This document shows, in pieces, positions 23,496 to 32,471 of a stretch of DNA of 64,000 bases. The translations under genes were made by a program, and so were the position numbers. The stretch comes from an uncultured bacterium (GTDB taxonomy: Bacteria; Margulisbacteria; WOR-1; CAVSGV01): NCBI GenBank assembly GCA_963768305.1, contig CAVYHE010000006.1, positions 10,692-74,691 of the forward strand. Direction: 5' to 3'. Numbering within the stretch: the first letter of the stretch is position 1; every line of letters begins with the position of its first letter. A model generated the notes under the pieces. That model was not told the DNA's origin. It saw only the letters and a program-made list of their open reading frames with translations, and made no database searches.

Positions 23496-25640
23496 GGTGA
23501 GCGTAGGGAGCGGTTCCGGAACGATCACGCTGGCAGAAGACGCCGGCTCGATCGGAACGCTCAATATCGGTTCGGGCGGCGCCGCTGGATCCGTCGAAGC
23601 CGCGGGTATTACAGGAGGCTCAGGCGCCGCTATTCTTAACTTTGACCATAATGAGTCGGCGTATGTATTCGCGCCTGACATTGCCGGCTCACTCGGTGTT
23701 ACCCAGACCGGCAGCGGCACGACCATCTTAACAGGCACCAACATATATACAGGAGTTACAACGATCGATGCTGGAACACTCGAGGTTGGTGATGGTGGTA
23801 CAGCAGGCAGCCTTGGTACAGGTGATGTAACGGATAACTCGTCGCTGGTATTCAACCACAGTGATGATCTGACAGTGTCAAATGGGATCTCAGGTACAGG
23901 AACACTTACCCAGAACGGTTCAGATACTCTTGTCCTTACAGGCACAAACATATATACAGGAGCCACGATTGTCAACACAGGCACGCTTGAAGCGGGCGTG
24001 GTCGACGCGTTTGGCAGCAACTCGGCCGTGATAATGGCGGATGACGCGACTGCTATATTGGACCTTAATGATTTCGATACGCATATCGGTTCTCTCACAG
24101 GCGGCGGGACAACGGGTGGGAATGTAATGCTTGGTGCCGCGACCCTGACGGTTGGCGGTGATGATACAAGCCCGGCAGCCTATGCTGGAGAGATCTCCGG
24201 CACCGGTGCGCTGACCAAAACTGGCACAGGCACTCTTACTCTTACCGGTACCAACACATATACAGGTGTTACTACGATCAATGCGGGGACGCTCCAGATT
24301 GGTGACGGGGGAACATCAGGCAGCCTGGGTACAGGGGATGTAACGGATAACTCATCGCTGGTATTCAACCGCAGTGATGATGTGACGGTATCTAATGTTA
24401 TCTCGGGCACAGGGACACTTACCCAGAACGGCAGCGGGACAACCATCCTTACTGGTACCAACACATATACAGGAGTTACTACGATCGATGCGGGGACGCT
24501 CGAGGTTGGTGATGGTGGTACAGCAGGCAGCCTTGGTACAGGGGATGTAACGGATAACTCGTCGCTGGTATTCAACCACAGTGATGATTTGACAGTGTCA
24601 AATGGGATCTCAGGTACAGGAACACTTACCCAGAACGGTTCAGATACTCTTGTCCTTACAGGCACAAACATATATACAGGAGCCACGATTGTCAACACAG
24701 GCACGCTTGAAGCGGGCGTGGTCGACGCGTTTGGCAGCAACTCGGCCGTGATAATGGCGGATGACGCGACTGCTATATTGGACCTTAATGATTTCGATAC
24801 GCATATCGGTTCTCTCACCGGCGGCGGGACAACGGGTGGGAATGTAATGCTTGGCGCTGGGATCCTGACAGTCGGCGGTGATAATACAAGTCCGGCAGCC
24901 TACGCTGGTGAGATCTCCGGCACAGGGGCCCTGATTAAAACTGGCACAGGCACTCTTACTCTTACTGGTACCAACACATATACTGGAGTTACTACGATCG
25001 ATGCGGGGACTCTCCAGGTTGGAGATGGAGGGACAGCAGGGAGTCTAGGTACAGGGGATGTAACGGATAACTCATCGCTGGTATTCAACCGCAGTGATAA
25101 TGTGACGGTATCAAATGCTATCTCAGGTACAGGGGCGCTTACCCAAAACGGTACAGATACTCTTACTCTTACTGGCGCCAACACATATACAGGAGTTACG
25201 ACGATCGATGCCGGTACTCTCCAGGTTGGTGACGGTGGTACTACAGGCAGCCTGGGAACAGGTGATGTTACGGATAACTCCGCGCTGGTGTTCAACCACA
25301 GTGATGATTTGACGGTGTCTAATGCAATCTCAGGAACAGGGACACTTACCCAGAACGGCACAGATACTCTTATTCTTACTGGCACCAACACATATACGGG
25401 AGTTACGACGATCGATGCCGGAACGCTCGAGGTTGGTGATGGGGGTACAACAGGGAGTCTGGGTACAGGGGATGTAACGGATAACTCGTTACTGGTGTTC
25501 AACCACAGTAATGATTTGACCGTATCAAATGGGATATCAGGTACAGGGACACTGACCCAGAACGGCAGCGGGACAATAATCCTTTCCGGTGCCAGCTCAT
25601 ATACAGGAACCACTACCATCAACTCGGGGACATTGGATAT
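23495..25640 (+). repeat. PATR block 2, including a near-identical duplication with a 720-bp offset
   Basis: About 12 PATR motifs. Positions 23761-24140 and 24481-24860 align at an offset of exactly 720 bp, with roughly 225-bp stretches at 100 percent identity. Confidence 0.85.
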
Positions 25641-26254
25641 ACATCAAGATCGATCATTGACAGGAGACCTGACATTAGCAGGGGGCACACTGGAACTGGG
25701 AGCTAATACCCTGACAGAAACAGGCGTCTATACTCAAGGCGCGGGAACCGTCCTGAAACTTACCACCAACAGCACGACCAATTTTGGCAGGATAGTAAGT
25801 TCCAGCGATGCAACTGTTAATGCCGATAGCTCAGTGAATGTGACGGTAGGCAGTTATTTACTGAACGGCGCTGAATTTTCGATCATAGACGGCGCAGGCG
25901 GCACAGGCGTAAATGTCCCGGGGACGATCACTTCAAGCGATCATCGAATAATTTTCTCTGGCTTAAGCTTGGATGGCGACCTTATCTTAATTGCAAAGCG
26001 CCTCCAGACTAACTTTGCCGGGTTAGCCGATAATTCTAATGCCGCGGCCGTGGGCAAAGTTCTCGATCATATTACAAACCCCTCGAGCGATATGCAAACT
26101 GTCTTGTTTGTGCTCGAGAACCTAAGCGATTCCGATATACCCGCCGCGCTCGATACGTTGACGCCTGTTGTAGACTCGGGAGCTATAGATACGAGCACAA
26201 TATCGCTCAACAGCTTTGTCGGAGCCGCCCTCGATAGGATCGAAAACGGAAGCA

Positions 26255-27097
26255 AGGCGGACCCGATATGGGGTAAAGTTTACAGCAGTAATCTTACTCA
26301 AGGATCACAAAATGACATAGGGGGATTTAATGCATCCGACTCAGGCATGGTAATTGGCATTGACCGCCCGTTCACCGACACCCTGACCCTTGGCATGAGC
26401 GGCGGTTATGCGAACGGAAATGTCAACTCAAACGACAATAACGCAAAAACGAATATAGGCAGCACACAGCTCACCTTATACGGAGAATATCAGGACAAAG
26501 AACGCCCGTATTTTATCGATGCCGCCGGCTCTTTAGCATTGAACTCGTATAACGGCTCACGCCGCATCAGCGTAGGCTCCATATCCAGGAAAGCGGATTC
26601 CGAATATCCGGGTCTCCAGTATGGTGCTTACTTAGGAGGCGGGTACAAATTTCGATCTTGGGAACAAATTAGAGGTTACGCCGCTCTTATCGCTTCAGTA
26701 CAGCCATCTTTCTCTCGCAGACTATACTGAAACCGGAGCCGGGTCCATGAACTTGGATGTTTCAAGTCAGGACTATGATATGCTGCAGGCGGGCGTGGGC
26801 GCAAGGATAATCTACCCTGCCGAATTGCAGTGGTGCAACCTCACTCTCACAGGCCACGCAAAATTGCTCTATGACTTTGTCGGCGACAAAGTGGTGGTCA
26901 TATCGAAATTTACCGGCGGGGGCGGATCGTTCACCTCAGAGGGGGCCGATCTGATACGATGCAGCTTGAATGCCGGCGGCGAGCTTGTCTTCGACTTTAG
27001 GAACCATTTCTCTGTTATCGGAGATTGTAATTTGGAAACGGAAGATAATTTCCTCGGTATCAGCAGTTCGCTAACGGCGAGGTATGAATTTGAATAA
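26255..27097 (+). other. autotransporter beta-barrel translocator domain (~280 aa) of the giant gene
   Basis: Alternating beta-strand pattern: DPIWGKVYSS...GFNASDSGMVIGIDRPF...LTLGMSGGYANG...TQLTLYGEY. After the frameshift it continues LQYSHLSLADYTETGAGSMNLDV...GISSSLTARYEFE. Confidence 0.8.
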
Positions 27098-27148
27098 TAT
27101 AATATTTTGAATTTGAAGCTCAAATTCCGGACGGTCAGTTGATATTGT

Positions 27149-27757
27149 TCATTCCAGATGCTTCATCGACATCTCGAGCGGGCGCTTTTTGGGGCTTGTT
27201 GACCTTCTTTCAGAATATCCCAGAGCTATAACGGCCATGAATTCGCCTTTCGGCTCTTCCAGGAATTCGAGCACTTCGTCCTTTATCATCACCATTATAC
27301 CCAGCCAGACCGAGGCGATGCCGAGCGACGTTGCGGCAAGCAGAAGATTTTCCACGGCCGCGGAAGAGCTTTGAATTTCCATCGTTCTGAAGAGATCGAA
27401 TGAAAGTTGACTGTCGATCTGAAATAGCTCTGTCCCGTGCTTGATAAGCTCGCCGGAATTCGCCACGGCTACCACCACCGGCGCGCTCAGAATGCTCCTT
27501 GCCGCCATTCGCAGCAGCGTCGCCGATGCCTTCGGGAACTGTGACGCCCTGTTGGATATCAACTGGGCAAGCTCCTTTTTCTTCGTGCCTTTTATCACTA
27601 TGAACCGCCATGACTGCTGGTTGTGGGCTGACGGCGCCTGGTTGGCCGCGTCCAGAATGGTCTTGAGGTCCTCGTCGGACACCGGCGTTTCCGTGAACGT
27701 TCTGGTGCTGCGCCTTTCACGGATCGTTCTTAAGGCCGCGTTGTCAAAATTTTTCAT
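27149..27757 (-). CDS. nitroreductase family protein
   Basis: RERRSTRTFTETPVSDEDLKTILDAANQAPSAHNQQSWRFIVI is the nitroreductase N-terminal signature. Confidence 0.8.
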   Translation of the reverse strand: MKNFDNAALRTIRERRSTRTFTETPVSDEDLKTILDAANQAPSAHNQQSWRFIVIKGTKKKELAQLISNRASQFPKASATLLRMAARSILSAPVVVAVANSGELIKHGTELFQIDSQLSFDLFRTMEIQSSSAAVENLLLAATSLGIASVWLGIMVMIKDEVLEFLEEPKGEFMAVIALGYSERRSTSPKKRPLEMSMKHLE

Positions 27758-27861
27758 TTTAAAAATTATACAAGCTTTGCGGCGCAGGTCAATAGTTGAC
27801 CATGATCAAGATAACGCTTTAAATTGTTACTCAGGAGTGCTAAAATTCACGCCTAAAAAAA

Positions 27862-28689
27862 ATGACACCGCGCCAAGAATTCATCGATCGGGTTTATTCC
27901 GTTAAAAAACGGTTCCTGGGCATGTACCAGGCCGCCCATGCGGGGCATATTGCCTGTTCGCTCTCCTGCGCCGAGATATTGGTGTTTTTAAGGTTTTTCT
28001 GGATGCATGAAAAGGACCGCCTTATCCTGTCCAAGGGGCACGCGGCGGCGGCCATGTATTCGGTCTTAGCCGAATACGGCATCCTGTCAGAAGAGGACAT
28101 AAAGACCTTTTATCAGAACGGCACCTATCTGGGAGCGCATCCGCCCGCCAATAAGATAAAAGGCATTCCTTTTGCCACCGGCAGTCTGGGCCACGGCCTT
28201 TCCATCATTGCCGGAATGTCCCTGGCGGCAAAGTTAAAGAATGAAAAACACCTGTGTTTTTGCGTGACATCGGACGGCGAATTGGATGAAGGAAGCATCT
28301 GGGAAGCGGCATTGTTCATCTCCCATCATAAACTGAACAATCTGGTCTGGTTGATAGACCGAAATAATATACAGGGCCTTGGCAGGACTGAAAGCGTGCT
28401 GGCGCTGGAGCCGTTGCCCGCAAAACTAAAAGCTTTTGGGCTTTTTGTGGCCGAAGCGGATGGCCATGATTACGGATCACTTGACGCGGCTAAAAATGAA
28501 TGCCAGCATGACCCGGCGGCAGTTTCATTGCCCAAGGTGATCATCTGTAAAACCGCCAAAGGACACGGCGTAAGCTTTATGGAAAATACGGTTGACTGGC
28601 ATTACCTGCCGATGGATAACGAAAATTATAAAAAAGCGCTCGAAGAGCTGGAGATCGGCTATCATAAGTCAAAAGAGGAGCATCGATGA
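27862..28689 (+). CDS. transketolase, N-terminal (ThDP-binding) subunit
   Basis: HIACSLSCAEIL, SKGHAAAAMYSVLAEYG, GSLGHGLSIIAGM and SDGELDEGSIWEA match the split-transketolase N section. Confidence 0.85.
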   Translation: MTPRQEFIDRVYSVKKRFLGMYQAAHAGHIACSLSCAEILVFLRFFWMHEKDRLILSKGHAAAAMYSVLAEYGILSEEDIKTFYQNGTYLGAHPPANKIKGIPFATGSLGHGLSIIAGMSLAAKLKNEKHLCFCVTSDGELDEGSIWEAALFISHHKLNNLVWLIDRNNIQGLGRTESVLALEPLPAKLKAFGLFVAEADGHDYGSLDAAKNECQHDPAAVSLPKVIICKTAKGHGVSFMENTVDWHYLPMDNENYKKALEELEIGYHKSKEEHR

Positions 28690-29594
28690 GAGCTGATTTT
28701 GCCCGCGTTATGGTTGAGCTGCATGATAAACATCCTAACTTTATAATGTTAACCGCTGACCTTGGATACATGGCACTGGAAAAGGTCAGAGATAAATATC
28801 AGGACCGTTTTATTAACGCAGGGGTAGCCGAACAAAATCTTATCTCGCTTGCCGCGGGCTTGGCTTATGAAGGATTTGTTCCGTGGGTATATAATATTGC
28901 CCCCTTTGGCGTGTTGAGGCCATATGAACAGATCAGGAATGATGTCTGCCTTCATAATCTTCCGGTAAAGATCATTGGCAATGGGGGAGGCTATGGCTAC
29001 GGTATTATGGGTCCGACCCACCATACCCTGGAGGACATCGCAGTGATGCGGGTGTTGCCCAATATGAAAGTTTACGTGCCGCTTACTGCTTCGGACGTGG
29101 AAGAAGCCGTAAAAATGATGGCCCGGGATGCCTCGCCTAATTATTTAAGGTTGAACATGGCTTCCAAGCTTGGCATGCCCATTGAAAGTTTCAAGCCATG
29201 GAGAAAATTAAAGAACGGGCATAAAGCGATCGCCATCGGCACCGGCCCGGTAATCGCAAACCTGCTGGAAATAAGTGATAAGGACCTGCTGGAGGAAATT
29301 GAGATATGGTATGTCAGCCAACTCCCAATAAGCGAACTCCCTGAAGAATTAATTACCAGCATTAAAGAAAAAAGGAAAGTCATTACCATGGAAGAGCATT
29401 ACGGGCAGTGCGGCCTTAAAGAGACCATTGCCGATCTTATCTTAAGAAAAGCTGATCGCCAGATAAGCTATAAGAGCATTTATGCCCTCGGTTATCCTGC
29501 GGGGGAATCGGGCAGCCAAAAATGGTACCAGGAACAGTCCGGCCTGGCGGGCGAAGGGCTGATAAAAAACCTAAAGGAGCTGGTTCATGATTAA
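28686..29594 (+). CDS. transketolase, C-terminal (pyrimidine-binding) subunit
   Basis: ATGA overlap with the N subunit. FINAGVAEQNLISLAAGLA and GPTHHTLEDIAVMRVLPNM are present. Confidence 0.85.
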   Translation: MRADFARVMVELHDKHPNFIMLTADLGYMALEKVRDKYQDRFINAGVAEQNLISLAAGLAYEGFVPWVYNIAPFGVLRPYEQIRNDVCLHNLPVKIIGNGGGYGYGIMGPTHHTLEDIAVMRVLPNMKVYVPLTASDVEEAVKMMARDASPNYLRLNMASKLGMPIESFKPWRKLKNGHKAIAIGTGPVIANLLEISDKDLLEEIEIWYVSQLPISELPEELITSIKEKRKVITMEEHYGQCGLKETIADLILRKADRQISYKSIYALGYPAGESGSQKWYQEQSGLAGEGLIKNLKELVHD

Positions 29595-31564
29595 AGAAGA
29601 AATAAATAAACTGGAAGGGCCGATTGCGGTTTTTGGGGCGGGTGGATTTATCGGCGCTAACCTGCTCAGGACCATTCTTGAGGTCAGGGATGATTGTTTT
29701 GGGATTACCCACCAGAAATTCATTCCCTGGCGTCTTTCGGGGATCTCCGCAAAAAATATCATCTATGCCGACCTGAAACTTCCTTCAACCGTATCCGGGA
29801 TCTTTGACAAGTTTAATTTTAAAACTATCTTTAATTTTGCGGCTTACGGCGGCTACTCCAAACAGGACGACACGGACTTGATTTATAAGATCAACTTGCT
29901 CGGAGCAGTGGATCTTTTGGAAATAGCGGCGCGCCAAGGCTTTTCCGCCTATGTGCATGCGGGATCATCTTCTGAGTATGGGTTCAATGCCAGCGCACCC
30001 AAAGAAAGCGCCGAGCTAATGCCGAACAGCCATTATTCTGTTTCAAAGATCGCCACCGCTTCGCTTATGCGTTATCTTGGCCGCACAAAGGAACTGCCTG
30101 TCATTAATCTGCGCATTTATTCGGCTTATGGGCCTTACGAAGAGCCTGACCGGCTGATCCCGGTGATCCTTAAATGCGGGATGGAGGGCAAATATCCTTC
30201 GCTGGTAGATCCCGATATATCACGTGATTTTATTTATGTTCAGGATGTGGTTGAAGCTGCTGTATTGGCTGCGACGCTCGGCGTTAAAAAATTACCAGGC
30301 GGCTCCTTAAATATCGCCACCGGTAAAAAAACCACCATTAGAGAAGTTGCCCGGTTAATCAAGGAGATATTCAATCTTAAAGTTGAACCTAAATGGGGTA
30401 CGATGCCCAACAGGAGCTGGGATATCAGGGATTGGTACGGAGACCCTGCTTATGCCAAAGAGATATTGGGTTGGCAGGCAAAAACTTCTTTAAAAGACGG
30501 CTTGATCAAAACCATTGATTGGGTAAAGAGCCAAAAGGCCGCTCCGGATCTTATGGCCGCCGCTCCATTGGCCGTTCCTAAAAAAATATCGGCCGTCATT
30601 GCCTGCTACCGGGATGCCAAGGCTATTCCCATCATGCACGATCGACTAACCAAAGTATTCGCTCAAATGAAGGTGGATTATGAGATCATTTTTGTCAATG
30701 ACGCAAGCCCGGATAACACAGATGATGTGCTAAAGGAGATCACTGCTCAAGATGATCACGTTATTACCATTGAACACACAAGAAATTTTGGTTCTCAGAG
30801 CGCCTTCCTGAGCGGCATGCAGGTCTCTACCGGTGACGGGGTCGTACTCCTCGATGGCGACCTGCAGGATCCGCCCGAAATGATCCCTGAATTTTACAAA
30901 AAGTGGCTGGAGGGCTATGAGGTTATCTACGGCCGAAGAGTAAAGCGCGAGGTTTCCCGGATCTTAAATGTCTGTTACAGGGCTTTTTACCGGATCTTCA
31001 GGGGAATGTCATACGTGCCCATGCCTCTGGACGCCGGTGATTTCTCGTTAATGGACAGAAAAGTGGTCAACGAGCTTCTGGCCCTGCCGGAGACCGATCA
31101 ATTCTTGCGAGGACTAAGGGCATGGGTAGGGTTCAAACAAGTTGGAGTTGACTATATGAGACCCGAGCGGATGTTCGGCGTGACCACAAATAACTGGCAG
31201 AAAAATATCTGGTGGGCTAAAAAGGCCATCTTTTCCTTCAGTTTTGTCCCTCTGGAGTTGCTTAGTTATTTGGGTTTGCTGCTGACCGTAATTTCATTCC
31301 TGGCACTCATCGGGCAGATCATCGCGAGGATCTTCATGCCCAATATTCCTCAGGGCATTACCACCATTATCGTCCTTATTCTATTCTTTGGGGCCATACA
31401 ATTACTGGCCATTTCCATTATCGGCGAATACCTTTATAAAAATTTTCGAAGAAACCAAGAAAAGGCCAAAATTTATCCGCAAGTCAATTCGCCAGGGCAA
31501 TACTTACCTTACAGCCGGGGAGGAAATAAACAACTTTTTAGATCAAAGAAAAAACCGCGTTTAA
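29587..31564 (+). pseudogene. fused NAD-dependent epimerase/dehydratase and GT2 polyprenyl-phosphate glycosyltransferase (GtrB/ArnC-like); C-terminus frameshifted at an A5 run
   Basis: N-terminal half: GAGGFIGANL and YSVSK (YxxxK). C-terminal half: IIFVNDASPDNT, LDGDLQDPPE and two TM helices, then IGEYLYK. Dropping one A at 31438-31442 restores IFEETKKRPKFIRKSI and a stop at 31562-31564. As assembled, the ORF runs on into the next gene (track ORF 29587-31995). Confidence 0.75.
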
Positions 31565-31566
31565 TT

Positions 31567-32471
31567 ATGGCATACCAAATCAAACACTGCATTTTTTGCG
31601 GCAATAATGAAAAGCTCAAAGAGCTCTATCCCCGTAATTTTACCGATAAAGATCTAAACCCGGCCGTATTTTCGGCGCGCAGGGATACCGATCGTTTTCA
31701 TTATAAGATCGTGCGCTGTCAGAACTGCGGCTTGATATTTTCGAGGGAAGTTCTGCCGGAAGAAGAACTTTCACGGTTATATTCGCAAAGCGCAGTAACT
31801 TTTGATGAATATACCGCCATCATCCGCAGGGATTATTTGCGCCCCCTCAAGCCGTTTTTAGATCTGGTCAATAAAGGCTCGGCCCTCGAGATCGGCTGCA
31901 GCAGCGGATTTTTCCTCGAAGAGCTGTTAATGCAGGGATTTAAGGAAGTTCACGGCTGTGATCCCAGTCTGGAGGCCAAAAAAGGCAGACCCTGAGATCA
32001 AGGGGAAATATATCTTCCGGATTTTTCAAAAAAGGAGCCTACAAAGATAACAGTTTTGACCTTGTTTGCTCATTTCAAACTTTGGACCATCTGGACGATC
32101 CGGCTGGAACCGTAAGGACCTGTTATGAAATTTTAAAGCCGGACGGGCTCATATATTTTATCACCCATGATGCCAGACAGCCTTCAGGCGAAAATATTGC
32201 GGGATAGATCGCCGATAATAGACGTGGAACACATTTATTTATTCAATAAAATAACTTTAAGCCGTTTATTTACGGAGGCGAATTTTGCTGTTCTTAATGT
32301 TGGGGACATTAAGAACAGTTACCCTATCAATTACTGGCTAAGGCTGGCGCTTAAGAACGGCCGATCCGGTAATATTTTAAAATATGCCGTCGAAAGAACC
32401 GGCCTGGGCTAGCTTCTATCCCTATCGCCGCGGGAAATATTTTTGTGGTGGCGAGATGCAGAAAGAATTAA
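31567..32471 (+). pseudogene. class I SAM-dependent methyltransferase with an N-terminal Cys4 motif; at least 3 (probably 5) +1 frameshifts
   Basis: MAYQIKHCIFCGN...CQNCGLIF and LEIGCSSGFFLEEL (motif I). After frame corrections near 31984, 32007 and 32178 it reads SFDLVCSFQTLDHLDDPAGTVRTCYEILKPDGLIYFITHDA and then SLQAKILRDRSPIIDVEHIYLFN. The tail IPIAAGNIFVVARCRKN ends at 32469-32471. Confidence 0.6.

Larger units (their letters stand above)
13920..27097 (+). pseudogene. giant type Va autotransporter-like adhesin (~4,370 aa if repaired), currently three ORFs separated by two +1 frameshifts
   Basis: The track ORFs 13860-15881, 15784-26730 and 26747-27097 are colinear pieces of one protein. 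Signal peptide MTRYFKLWRSVKLLLLTAGIIAWSISSAGA starts at ATG 13983; an alternative ATG at 13920 has an AGGAAG SD. The gene contains tandem repeats, PATR repeats and a C-terminal barrel ending RYEFE. The frame breaks are at 15854/5 and 26647-52. Confidence 0.85.

Noticed and set aside
13940-25622. Many long antisense ORFs inside the giant gene, for example 13940-14578, 16962-17492, 23436-24098, 24180-24818 and 24900-25622, up to 240 aa.
   Set aside because: They are shadow frames of a Gly/Thr/Ser-rich repeat (GGN/ACN/AGY codons have no reverse-strand stops). Their sequences are Pro/Val-rich and low-complexity, repeat with the sense period, and have no SD or independent conservation signal.
27109-27127. 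The hairpin GAATTTGA-AGC-TCAAATTC between the giant gene and the convergent nitroreductase, and a similar hairpin at 5098-5117, considered as intrinsic terminators.
   Set aside because: Neither has a U-tract on either strand and the stems are AT-rich, so terminator function is not supportable from sequence alone.
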